Shown here: in pieces, positions 24,093 through 36,800 of the stretch | How the letters are laid out: the number at the start of each line of letters is the position of its first letter | Numbering within the stretch: position 1 is the stretch's first letter | Assembly (NCBI GenBank): GCA_946965045.2 | Contig: OX337236.1 | Coordinates: 3,162,001 to 3,226,000 of the forward strand | DNA from: Epithemia pelagica | Taxonomy: Eukaryota; Protista; Bacillariophyta | Direction of reading: 5' to 3' | DNA: 64,000 nt | Translations under genes and position numbers: made by a program | Notes under the pieces: model-generated | Told to the model about the DNA's origin: nothing | The model's input: the letters and a program-made list of their open reading frames with translations, nothing else | Database searches by the model: none

Positions 24093-27000
24093 ATGGGTGT
24101 CCCCAAGGTACGACCACCACCATCTGTGGATGCAAACGTTTGGAAGGCCAACGGTCTATATACTTGGTCCTTTCTCTCTGCCGTTTGGATTGAACGCCTC
24201 ACAGTCCTCTTCTCTTGTATATTGTGTTGTTGTTGTTGTGGCCAGTTTTATCGTTGGATTTCGGAACGGTATCCCAAAATCAATCAAATTATTTCGGATA
24301 CCGCTCTCTTGCCGGAATTTGATCACTTGTATTTGGATATGAATGGCATTATTCATGGATGTACCCATCCACCCGATCTCGATGCCGTCTCCCAACAAGC
24401 CTTGACCGAACGCGACATGATGATGGGAATCATGCATTGTACGTACCATATAATATACTACTTTATCCAACCATGTGATACGAATGCTACCACCAGCAAA
24501 TGGGAATTGTTTCGTGGCTGTGGACCAATCGATTGACAACAGCGAAAGAGCAAGAGAAAGGGTTTGATAGCTGCATACACACACATGATTGGACAAGGCT
24601 TGTTGTTTGTTTCTCACATGCCGCGTCTTGTTTGTATTTCGCTGGATTGGTTTGTTTATCGGGTGTTTGATTTTGATTTGGATTGGATCCAATGGCACAC
24701 GCACAAACAATCGAATATATACTTTTTGGACCGCACAGATTTGGATCGTATCATTACGCAAATTGTCAAACCCAAGGTTTCGGTCTACATGGCCATTGAT
24801 GGCGTCGCTCCTCGGGCCAAACTCAATCAACAACGATCACGTCGCTATCGCAGTGCTCGTGACATGGCCGAATCCTTAAAGGAACAACAACAAGAACAAG
24901 AACGCAACAACAAGAACAAGGACGGCTCGTCGTCGTCGTCCTCCTCTGCAGCGGCCTTTGATTCCAATTGCATTACTCCGGGGACGGAATTCTTGGCCAA
25001 GGTTTCGGAATTGATTCGCTTTTTTGTGCGCACCAAATTGCGCGACGACCCCGTGTGGCGGAATTTGACCGTCATTTTTTCCGGCCATGACATTCCCGGG
25101 GAGGGGGAACACAAGATTATGAATCACATTCGTCGCATGAAGGAACAACCGCATTATCAGCCCAATACGCGACATGTCATGTATGGACAAGATGCCGATT
25201 TGATTCTACTGGGATTGGTCACGCACGAACCGCACTTTACCATTTTGCGCGAAGTCGTCAATTTTCAATCCTTTAAACGACACGATGCCAAAAATTCCTT
25301 GCAACAGGTACAAAAATTTACCAAGGAATCCGACTTTCAACTCTTGCATTTGTCCGTCTTGCGAGAATATTTGGCCATTGACTTTTGTTTTGTCGGAGCC
25401 GCATCCAATGCTAGTACGGTGGAGGATGACAAGGAAGACGATGAGACCAATCCAAGAACGACCGCTCCACAAACCTTTGATTTGGAGCGATGTATTGACG
25501 ATTTTGTTTTCATGACCTTTTTGGTTGGTAATGGTACGTCCGTTTGTGTGTGTGTGTGTGTGTTGGTCGATGGATCGACTGGTTGTGGTGAAATGGCCTC
25601 GTCTCACATGTCGTCACACACTCATTTCCCTGGACAACACAATGACTCTTGCTGTGCCCATGTGTGTGTCCGATTCCTCTATAGACTTTTTACCGCATTT
25701 GCCAACCTTGGACATTGGTGATGGGGCGTTTGACATGTTGTTTTCCATTTACAAGGATCAGCGACGTTCATGGGGACAGGGTGAGTACTTGACGGATCGT
25801 GGTGAGATTGCCAAGGCCAGTCGCTTGCAAGCCTTTGTGGCGGCCATTGGTGCCTTGGAGACGGATATTTTGGCCCAACGCAAAAAGGACGAAGCAGCCT
25901 ATATCAAAAAGAAACGCAAATGGGACAAACGCGACGGCAAACCGCAAGGACCGTCCGATGCCGAATTGCAAGCCATGGAAGAAGAAAAACAAATGGATTA
26001 TCAAACCATGGTCGATAAGGTTCTGGATCAGTATGGTGGCAATCCAGATAACTTTGTCGAGGGATGGAAACGATTATTGTCTAGAGGCTCCAGCATGGGA
26101 GGGACTTCCTCAGATGATGACGACAACAACAACAATGGAACGGAGGAGGACGGAACACCCACCACAACGCAACAAGAGGAGGATGTCAAGGCACGCTATT
26201 ATTATGAAAAGTTGCATTTGAAACCAATCGATAAGGACAAACACTATCAATTGCGGAAATCCTATATGGAAGGGCTCATGTGGTGTTTAGCCTATTACTA
26301 CAAGGGATGTGTATCCTGGGGGTGGTACTATCCATATCATTATGGGCCCATGTTGAGTGACCTTGTGGACATTCCTCAAATGTTTGATCAAATATCCTTT
26401 GAATTGGGACAACCCCTGTCGCCCTTTGAGCAACTCATGGCCTGTCTCCCACCAGGATCCGTCACGTTGGTACCCAAACTCTACCAATGGCTCATGACGA
26501 GTCCCCAATCACCCATTATCCACTTTTATCCAGAACAGTTTGAAATTGACATGAATGGAAAAAAGAATCCATGGGAGGGTGTCAACTTGTTGCCCTTTAT
26601 TGACGTGGCTGTCCTCAAGGATACCATTGTACAGCATTGTCCACCCAACTTGCTTTCGGTCAAGGAACGACAACGCAACATCTTTGGAAAGGTCTATGCC
26701 TACCGATACGATGAATCGTATACCAACGAAACGGTCCCTGTACCCATTCCCAATATCGGCATGGTGGATCTGGTGGCCGCCTGTTCGGTGGGTACCGTAT
26801 TGGACGAACCCGAGACTCCCACGCGTTCCTTTGAACCGCGATTGGTGGCCGGTACCCAAATTCCCTACCCTGGATTCCCCTCGCTCAATGTTCTTCCTAT
26901 TGCGTCGGTAGACTTTGTGGCGATTGGATTGAATTGTTTTGGAACCGCATCCAAATACGCCTCGTGTGTCTTGTCCTTGGAACGCATGGCCGAACCGGTA

Positions 27001-29909
27001 CCGCTCGACATTCTCTCCAAGGCTGTCTTGGGCAAGTCTCTCTTTGTGAATTGGCCCATGATGCATGAAGCCAAGACTGTGGCTATTTCCGATGCCAAAC
27101 AAGAAATTCGATTGGTCAAGGGAGGGCAATTGCGGACCAAGGCACACAATGAAGCGGCTGCCGAAAAGTGGCAAACGGAAACGGAAATTATGCAGCAAAT
27201 GTACCACGTGGGAGATGGCATTCCTGGGTCAGGTGGGGTCAATATTGGCGAGGTTCGAATACGACTCAAGGTACTTCCCTTGCAAGGGATGAAAACCAAT
27301 CCGGCCAATGGATCCACCAAAAAGGTGTTTGGGCGAGAAGAAGCCGATGTTCCCCTTCAATTGGCCTTGGGACAAGCACCGGCAGCAGATCCACGCTTTA
27401 TGGAACGGGGACCATTGACGTTAAAAGATCGATTTCCGTTGAATTGTCGCGTCGTTCTCACCAAGGGCAAGTATCGTGGATGTTCGGGCCAGGTGGTTGG
27501 TTATGTAGACAAGAAACGAGTCGGTGTCAAGGTTCAAACCCTACCAGTCGAACCTCCCTTTGGATTAGCCGTGGCACGAGCGGTCCAAGAATCCTTTGTC
27601 TCGTCCAATGATGCGGCGCGAATTCTCAAAATTCATCCAGGGATTTTGGGCAAGATTGCCGGACGGCTGCCCTTTGAACAAGAACGCTATGACTTGGGTT
27701 TGAATCTCAAATCCGGCGATGGCATGTGCGTGGTGGGATATACACGAAAAAAGGTGCTGGACAACAATGCAAACAACCAAACCAACAATAAGAAATCATC
27801 CTGGTCCGTGGGTGATGCTCTTCGTGTGATTGGAAGCACCTCGGCACCCGCCAATGGGACCGAAGATCGAATCATTTGGGAATATTCACCCAAGGCTATT
27901 CGTTTGATTGAAGCCTACCGTGCCAAGTTTCCCCAATTGTTTCAGGGTATTTCGCAACAGCCCAATGAGAAAAAATACGATGCCAACGTAGTCTTTGGTG
28001 GAAAATCGGGCGAAGAATGGTTGCCCGTCATTCGCGAGTGGCTCAACAATTTGGACAGTGCCAAATTACCACGGACTCCTGTGACAACCCAGTCCATGTC
28101 CCATGATGCTGTGGCGGCCGTGCAAAAGGCAGCCGCGGTCCGCACACTGGCCCTCCAAAAGAAGGGCTTTCCCAAAGAATCCTTTGTCAAAATACCGGGA
28201 GCGGCCTTGTATCGACAAGGGTCGACAAGTTCGACCGATATCCTGTTGGCCAGTGATTTGAACCACGGCGAAGATGCGTCACCACAATTGGGCGATCGTG
28301 TCATTAATCTAGCTGCCGAAGGTATTCCGTTTGGAATGCGAGGAACCATTGTGGCCATTCATGAAGCATCGTCTACCACGGGGAGTGTGGAAGTGGTCAT
28401 GGATGAAGAATTCATGGGAGGGAGTACTTTGCAAGGTTTGTGTTGCAAATTCCGCGGAAAGTTGTGTTTGTGGTCTCGGTTACTCAAGGTGGTACCGGAG
28501 GATGCCAAATCCATGGTGGACAAGATGGTTCCCAAGGGTGCATCTCGAAAAGGGACGGTTGTTGTCGATCGAATTCTCAACACGTTGGATCCGACAGCGG
28601 GGAAACCAAATACTGCAACTCCTGCCTCGACGCACCCACCCTCTGCCTCCACCGCAAGTGCCGCAAGTTCCATCAATGCTGCAGCTCCAAACACTCGAAC
28701 GAACAAGAAATCACAAACCCCACAAGCTCAACAACCAGTGGTGCTCTTGTCCAATAACAAGTCCTCGCCTGCACCTTCAAAAACAACAGCGGCAAGTACC
28801 CCGCAAGGAGCTTGGGCGGCCAATCCTGCATCAGCAAACACGCCTGTGGTGTTGACTCCCGCTGGAAATGCAACGCCCAGCAGTACTAGTCGAGCTGGAT
28901 CGTCGCAAAAAGGTCGTCAAGCCGGATGGCGTGAGGCCAAAGGTCCCGAAGATGGAGGAAGCCATGGTTTCAAATGGAAGACCAAGGGTCGCAAAGGCAA
29001 CAAGGGGATTTTGAAATGGAAGCATGCCGTGAACGAACATCGAAAACAAGAAGCGGCCGAATTGCTCAAGTCCCAATTGGGTATTGGTAAGGACGAGGAC
29101 AAGAATAGTCGGGGTGGTGTTGGTGACGTGGTCTCATCCTCGTCGGTCGATTCAGCGGCCCAACAACTCAAGGTTGTTTTGGGTGTTTCGGCTGGTGGCC
29201 AACAAGAGCAAGCAGCTTCTTCGTCAGTTGTCCATCCCACAACGACGACGACAAGTGTGACTGCCGTGCGCGATCTCAAGTCGATGCTGGGTGTGACTCC
29301 CGCTTCAGCCGGCAGCAGCAACAACAACACAATGCCACAACCACCACAACCTGCTGTACCAATACCACAACCTCCCATGCAACCCATGGCAGCTTCCAAT
29401 ACTGAACAGCTCAAGGTTGTCTTGGGAGTGGGCAGCAGTCCACCCCCACCACCCCCTCAACTTGTCCTGGAAAAGCCAGTCTTGGAAACGGCGGCCGATA
29501 AGTTATTCAAATGATGGTGAATGCACAGCAACCACCTGGTCCCATGATGGGTGGTCCACCCGCCGTAGTAGTACCTCCACCACCACACTATCCTCCCAAT
29601 CCATCGGGGTTCAACTTTACCTTTACACCGCAGGACGAGCATAATGCCAACAACGCCATGCATCCGCCACCACCTCCACCACCCTCCATGATGGTTCCTC
29701 CTCCTCCAACCACCGGTGGTCTCTATCCTCCTCATCCTCTTCCTGGATCCATGCCACCCATGACGGCCATGGCCCATCCATATCCATCTCCAGCACTAGT
29801 CGCAATGCCCATTGTCGTAGTACCACCAGCACCAGCAGCCGCAGTACCCATGAGTCATGATAGTGGTGATGATTCGGAGCCACTGACCGAGCCGGACAAG
29901 ACGAGTTAA
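24093..29909 (+). CDS. XRN1: 5'-3' exoribonuclease 1; exons 24093-24107, 24246-24438, 24739-25533, 25685-end; apparent frameshift at about 29510
   Basis: MGVPK|[77 protein letters not shown]; C-terminal LGDRV...PFGMRGT domain typical of XRN1. All three introns are GT-AG and phase-compatible. Confidence 0.95.
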
Positions 29910-30069
29910 AAATAGAAATACCAAGCTCTAGCTAGTAGGTAGAGATTTATGACCTGGGGGCGAGGGGCTCTCTAATGAAGGCAACGCGGTCCGTCATACC
30001 ATAACCCAAGTTTGGATTCGGTTCAATCGAACGTAGAAAACAAGTCAAAGACTTGAGAGAACAAAACGT

Positions 30070-31287
30070 CTAGACTTGATCCTTTCCTGTATCATTTTGG
30101 CGCGTATTGGGCCTTGCTCGTTTACGAGCTGATGTCGAGGTGGAAAAGCGCGAAATATCAGCATCTCGGATACCCATTCCTTCCCGAAAATGAAACCATC
30201 CATTGGGCGACTGCTCACAGAGTCGACGAAAGCACCATGTATTCCTATCCATAAGTGGTAATGTCGCACAGGTAGGATCGTTCTGTCCACCAATCACGGC
30301 AATTTGATTGGCAACAGTCACCATACTGCAGCCCCAACGATCTTCTTGCAGTCCAGGGAGATTCCACACGCGGTTGTGTTGCGTATCCAAGACTTCCACA
30401 GTTGGATTGTCTCGTCCTCCTCCTACAACCAAACAAGAGCCCACGGCAACCACTGCACATGAACTTCGTGCATTGGAAAGCACCAAGTCAGAATGAGTGG
30501 TCCAACTGGACGAGAAGGAAATGACTGTAGCAGCCATTTCCTCCTTTGTCTTTTCATGATCACAAGGCATTGCAAAGTCAATGTACTCTACCGAGTCTAT
30601 GTTGCCATGCCTGCTACTGCCTCCAACGACAAAGATGCGCTGACCAACGACTGCGCTGCCAAAATATGATCGAGGAACAGTCATGGATGGTCCCGTAGAT
30701 ACAGTGTGGTTGTTTGTATCAATAATATCGACCGACGACAACGTTTGACCGCCGCCATAGCCACCCATTACAACGATGTATCTGTTGTGAACTGCTGCAG
30801 CACAACATCCTGATCGTCCCATTGATAAACGACATGTCAATGTCGTCCAATGGATCTCATTAGTGTTGCTGTTTGTTAAAGATGATTGCAGCAACTCATT
30901 GGCATCAATTTGTTCGATACAATCCAAAGGTGCTCCAGTGTCTCCTCCCATCACGTAAATGCCGCCATTGCACACCACAGCGGCATGTCCAAAACGTTTC
31001 TGGTTCATGGGTGGTCCTTCACGCCACTGCTTGTTGGAATCTGCCAAATTCAATGCAAGAACGGAATTGGTGGCACCCTGGCCTTGATGTCCGCCCATCA
31101 CCACGACCGTTTGTCCCTTGTGGTTGTGATTGTCGTCTTCGTTATCGGAATGATTTAGTACGACCGTTCCATGACGCTCTCGCCATCCACCCTCAAGCGG
31201 AAGCCAATCGTTTTCATTCCACTCTGGTGTCTCGTCTAACAAGACAAGGCCCGACTGCGATGCTTGTTCTTTCACTGTTGTGGACAT
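30070..31287 (-). CDS. Kelch-repeat protein, copy 3 (405 aa)
   Basis: Same Kelch motifs; intact tail RKRARPNT. Confidence 0.9.
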   Translation of the reverse strand: MSTTVKEQASQSGLVLLDETPEWNENDWLPLEGGWRERHGTVVLNHSDNEDDNHNHKGQTVVVMGGHQGQGATNSVLALNLADSNKQWREGPPMNQKRFGHAAVVCNGGIYVMGGDTGAPLDCIEQIDANELLQSSLTNSNTNEIHWTTLTCRLSMGRSGCCAAAVHNRYIVVMGGYGGGQTLSSVDIIDTNNHTVSTGPSMTVPRSYFGSAVVGQRIFVVGGSSRHGNIDSVEYIDFAMPCDHEKTKEEMAATVISFSSSWTTHSDLVLSNARSSCAVVAVGSCLVVGGGRDNPTVEVLDTQHNRVWNLPGLQEDRWGCSMVTVANQIAVIGGQNDPTCATLPLMDRNTWCFRRLCEQSPNGWFHFREGMGIRDADISRFSTSTSARKRARPNTRQNDTGKDQV

Positions 31288-31900
31288 GGTTCCAAACGTT
31301 TCGACTGTAGAATTTATGGGAGGATAAAGAGAGAGTGTGTTTGCGGCTGATGGGTACGGATTGCCATTACGCCGATTACCGATTCTATGGATGGAAGGAC
31401 TGCTGCAGATTGTCTGTCGTACGTACGGTATCGCACATAGACTTCATGACAGTTGTGACGACAAGGGTAGGAGCTATCTCTCTCGTTTATCAGATGTCTT
31501 TAGAGTAGAGGTGAAATAAAGTTCTCTGTCTTATTGAATATCCAAACCTCTCTCTCTCTCTCACACTCTCTTGGAATGACAGTGTTAGTTCTTTGTGGTG
31601 CCTCAGTTTCTTTTTGTTCGTGGATCTGGAAGGAATGACACGGAAATCCCATTCGAGGGGGGAGAGTGAATGAATTTCAATGGACGATTGGACGTACGGC
31701 TGTGGCACCAAAAGAATATGGTAGCAACTATCAAACTTGTTCGTAGCACCACCCTCTGTTCTCTACTCTAGCACAGTGCAATCCAAAGCCAGTTCTTACA
31801 GTTGACAGGAATTGAGAAAACAAGTCAACGACTTGAGCGAACAAAGCGTCTAGGCTTGATCGTTTCCTTTATCATTTTGGCGCGAATTGGGCCTTGCTCG

Positions 31901-33055
31901 TTAACGAGCTAATGTCGAGGAAGAGAAGGGTGAGAGATGAGTATCTCGGACACCCATTACTTCCCAAATATGACGCCATCCGTGTGGATGCTGTTCACAG
32001 AGTCGACGAAAGCACCATGTATTCTTGTCCAGGAGTGGTAATGTCGCACAGGTAGGATCGTTCCGTCCACCAATCACGGCAATTTGATTGGCAACAGTCA
32101 CCATATTGCAGGAAACTCGGTCATTTCCGAATGGTGGAAGATTCCACACGTGGTTGCGGTGCGTATCCAACACTTCCACGGTTGGATTGTATTGTCCTCC
32201 TGTCACTATGAGACAAGATCCCACGGCAACCACTGCACAAGAACTTCGTGCATTGGAAAGCACCAACTCAGAATGAGTGATCCAACTGGACGAGAAGGAA
32301 ATGATTGTAGAGCCAGTTTCCTTTATTGTCCCATCATTGTCACATGGTCTTGCAAAGTGAATGTACTCGACCGAGTCAAGATCGCGATTCTCGTCGTCGT
32401 TATGGCCTCCAACGACAAAGATGCGGTGTCCAATGACCGCACCGGCACAGAGTGATCGAGGAACAGTCATGGATGGTCCGGCAATGACAGTGTGGCTGCC
32501 GGTATCAATGATATCCACCGACGACAAATAGCGACCATTGTTGTATCCACCCATGACAACAATATATCGATTGTGCACCGCAACAGCACAACATCCTGAT
32601 CGTCGCGTTGATAATCGACATGTCAAGGTCCTCCAATGACTGGTTGTTACAGATAATTGCAGCAAGTCATTGGCATGAATACATTCCATGCAATCCATCC
32701 ACGAATATCCATTGCTTCCTCCCATGACGTAAACGCCGCCATTGCACACAACAGCGGCATGTCCCTGACGACTCTTGTTCATGGGTGGTCCTTCTTGCCA
32801 TTGCTTGTCTGGGTCTGATAGATTCAATACAAGAACGGAATCGAGCTGGCCTCGACCTCTTTGATATCCTCCCATCACGACGACGGTTTGTTTCTTGTTG
32901 TCGTTGCGGAGGTCCGTCTCGGGATGATTGAGTACGACCGAAGTATGGCGATAACGCCATCCACCCTCCAGAGGAGGCCAGTCATTTTCATTCCATTCCG
33001 CTGTCTCGTCTAACAGGACAAGGCCCGACTGCCATGCTTGGTTTTGCAGTGTCAT
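31901..33055 (-). CDS. Kelch-repeat protein, copy 4, in tandem with copy 3; AAA>TAA removes the basic tail
   Basis: Start MTLQNQ at 33055 matches the paralogs. GCT CGT TAA CGA GCA here versus GCT CGT AAA CGA GCA in copy 3; 3' flanks are homologous. Confidence 0.9.
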   Translation of the reverse strand: MTLQNQAWQSGLVLLDETAEWNENDWPPLEGGWRYRHTSVVLNHPETDLRNDNKKQTVVVMGGYQRGRGQLDSVLVLNLSDPDKQWQEGPPMNKSRQGHAAVVCNGGVYVMGGSNGYSWMDCMECIHANDLLQLSVTTSHWRTLTCRLSTRRSGCCAVAVHNRYIVVMGGYNNGRYLSSVDIIDTGSHTVIAGPSMTVPRSLCAGAVIGHRIFVVGGHNDDENRDLDSVEYIHFARPCDNDGTIKETGSTIISFSSSWITHSELVLSNARSSCAVVAVGSCLIVTGGQYNPTVEVLDTHRNHVWNLPPFGNDRVSCNMVTVANQIAVIGGRNDPTCATLPLLDKNTWCFRRLCEQHPHGWRHIWEVMGVRDTHLSPFSSSTLAR

Positions 33056-33831
33056 GGTCCTATGGTTCCCAACGGTTCGACTGTCGAATGGATGAGGATC
33101 GGCGCGAGAGAGACTCGTTTTGCCGAGAGATTTGCGTGTGCGATTTGCGACCGCTGTGATGGATGCGGACTGAGAAGAGGCGTCTGTGAAAAGTGTCATG
33201 GCTTCCACACTCCACGCACACAAAAGGCTCGCCCGTCGTGGGTCGTGTCCGGACCGCTCCAATCCGAGCGAGCCGGTCTATTTTTGGCTGTCAGTCGTGT
33301 CGTGAGAGCTTCCGGAGATGCATGGGGGCAATTGGAACAGCCATTCGGCACGCGCGAATGGTTGTATGTGCCGTTCGGAATGTCGTTTGCGACGCGGAAT
33401 GGCACGAGTCTACTAGAGCCCTTGTGGATTCCATCCACCGACCGTGAATCGTGTGGGGACTCTTCCTTTTCGGGGTGCTCTTTTTGTGTGTGGTCTATGA
33501 TTCGCTCTGTGCTGGACTTTCATCCTCTATTATATCGCTCTGTTTGGCCTTTGGTTGTGGATGTTGGAAACGTGTTGCTGCTGTTACACAGCCGCACCAT
33601 CTCTTGTGTTCCTTCCCACTACAAACAAACAACCAACAACAAGGGTGAACAACGGTAGATTGTGTTGGCCGTAGGAACCAAACCATTCCCCAATAACAAA
33701 TAAGGGCGTGTGTGTGACAGTTTTCTTTCTTTGTTCCAAACGTTTGGGAAGAACCAACCGTGTGACACATACTATATAGATACCACCACCGTCCTGTGGA
33801 ACAAGAGTGTTCTCACGCACCAGAACCTACA

Positions 33832-36800
33832 ATGACAGCGTTCGGAGGAAGACGAGGAACGCAGAATGGTAGTAGTGGTCCTACCATTTTGGCACCGACC
33901 AACCAGAACAAGAGCCACAGTGCTCGCAAGCAACAACTCTTGCAGCAACAACATCCCGCCAAGCAACAATCGCCCCCCTCGGCGTCTCAGCCACCACGAC
34001 CTCGTGGCGAACGACGACCGTTATTAATGACCAATTCGTCGTCGACTCCCCCACTGGAACCTTCTCAAGAGGAAACCACCGCTGTCTCCAAACAACCATC
34101 AGCACGTCGGAATCGATGGTTTGGCACGGGGAAAAAGTCCACCACCACAATCATGGAACCCAAACCACCCTCCACCAAACGATCCTTGTTCCACAAGACT
34201 GCATCGCAATCGCCATCCTGTGCTTCCTGGAAGGACACGAGTGCCGCCGATACTACGACTACGACTACCGCCTTTCCTTCGTTGAATGATACCCAAGACG
34301 AATGGAATGCCGCCGCGGCGTCCTTTGCCGACTCACCTGCCACGAGCCACACCAATCACACGGCGGCGCTGCATACGTCCACCACCTCCTCCTCCTCATC
34401 GGCATCCTTCTTGACGGAATTTTCGTCGCCCCAATTTACACCCCGTCACCAAGCCTCGTCGTTTCCAAAGGACCACCACGACAGTCATTCTCACGTGCTT
34501 CCACCCGAACCAGAAACAGCCACATCCAGTAGTACCGTGGCGTCCTCTTCTCCCGAAGCGGCAGCAGCAGCAACTCCTGAATGGAGTACACCCGTCGTGT
34601 CCTCCAAAAAGAAGCGTCGTGGGCGACGAGGATCCAACCAGCAAGGGACCCAAACTACTAGTACTCATCCCACCGAGGTGGATTCCTATTTTCCACAAGA
34701 CGAAGACGAAGAAGAAGAAGAAAAGAAAATGGCCGACGAATCGCCCCCATTGATGTTGACTCATTCCACACCAAGTGTCACACCCCAAAAGGGAATCATG
34801 TCCCATGGTGGTTCCACTGATGCCCATCACATGTCGTCGTCTCCCCTGCAAAGGACACCTCCTTCCTCGGCGGCCACGACGCCCATGGGAACGCCCGTGT
34901 CGGGGTCGACCAAAAAGGCCTTGTTGAGTCGACCCTTTGGCATGGCGTCGCTTTCATCATCATCGTCCTCTGCAGTAATAATAGAACCACTCAAGTATTT
35001 GGTGCAAGTGTCTCCCGCCACTTGGAACGATGGTAGTCACACGTGGCAGTATCAAATTTTGGTCCAACAACGCAAACACAGCAATAGTGGGACAACAAGT
35101 GTCGGCAACCATGCCACCGACAACACGTCAGTCTTTACCCAAGCCTTTACCTATCGATCCTGGCCCGATTTTGAATGGTTGGAACAGTCCTTGCGATTGG
35201 AATTTCAAGGCAGTCTCGTCTTGCCCTTGTTGCATTGGAATGTCGGCACCCATACGAATACGATGACAACGACCAACCACAACAACACGAGTCTTGCGAG
35301 TTTGGATGGTTCCACTAATACGGCCGCATCACCACCGGTCCAAGCCAGCCTGTTGCAAACCTGGTTGACCCAAGTCTTGAATCCCATTCGAGGACAAGGC
35401 GAATGGAGTTTGTCCAATAACAACCACAACAATCCCGAAACGATTACCATTTTGGAATCGGAATCTATGGAAGCCTTCTTGTACAAACAACAACAACAAC
35501 AACCACAATCGTCGTCCAGCAAGAAGAAGAACAAGAAGGGACGCCAGCATTCCGCAAGTCCCTCGTCGTCATCATCATCCTTGGCCCAACAGGTTCCCTT
35601 GTTGGAATCCATTCCACCCCAGATTCAAACCACCATTGTTCGCATTCACAAGCAACAATTGGCCTTGCTCGAAAAACAGCAACAACAACAAGAACAACAA
35701 CAACAACATCACGCCATTAATACTCCCCACACCAACAGGCCTGCCGTGACACGAACCTTGTCCACGTCGTCCACCACAGATCCGGATGGCACAGTCGACG
35801 ATACCCTGACCCACAATGAGGACGACCAAGCGACAGACACGACGACTCCAACGAATGACAATGGCAATCTCATGAAACAATTTTTGCAATTTCTCCCCCA
35901 GAGTTTGTTGTTGGGAGAATTGTGTACCGGTCCTACTACATCGAGTACACGACCCACGGACCCGGACGACGACGACGACGACGATGAGGATCGCGATGCA
36001 CGCACGGTCGACGATGGTCGAACCGTGGGAGAATTGTCCTCCACCTGGTCCGCGCAACAAGCACGACATATTTGGAATCATCATGCGCCGCCACCCCATG
36101 GCACTCACAACAAGAACAACAACAACAACAAGAACAACCATTCGGATTCCATGGTGGTGGGAAATCACCACCACCACAAGTCATGCAGCAAAGCTACTAC
36201 CACATCTCCACGCCATTCCAAATCCACAACGACGGCAGCCGCTGCCAGTCACATGGCACGCTTGCACTATAGCAGTCGAGCCTTGGGAACAGCACCCTCC
36301 TTGGAAGTCTTGGATTCCTTTGCCGAACATTCCGTCGCATCCGGAACGGCGGCACCACCACCACCACACCAACCTCCCTTGCCCTCGTTTCGACACTCGC
36401 AACCACACCAACGGTCGTCCCCCACGACCAGTGGCAACCCCAATTCCTTTTTATTGGCCATTCATTCCGAAGCCATTGAGGCGCAACAAGATTTGTTGGA
36501 CAATTATCGACAAACGGCCGTCGATGCGCAAGGTCAATGTCGAGCCGTGATGCAATTGGAAGAACGCTTGGCCGTCTCGTGGAAAAAGTTGGCCCTCGCC
36601 ATGGCCAATGTCTTTTGTTATGAAAAAGAGGTGGAAACGGCCAAGAATAGCAAATTGGGCGATGCCCTCAAGGTCAAAAAGGAACACTTGCCCTACCGCA
36701 AGGTCACCAAGGCCATGGTGGAAGATGGCTTGAGGAATTTGGCCCGAGCCAAGGCCGATCGGGGATTGCCGGCCTTGCAGCTCTGGAATTCCACCCTGTT

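Noticed and set aside
31901-33262. 453-aa extended version of Kelch copy 4
   Set aside because: Paralog homology starts at MTLQNQ (33055), and the upstream part matches the non-coding promoter of the other copies.
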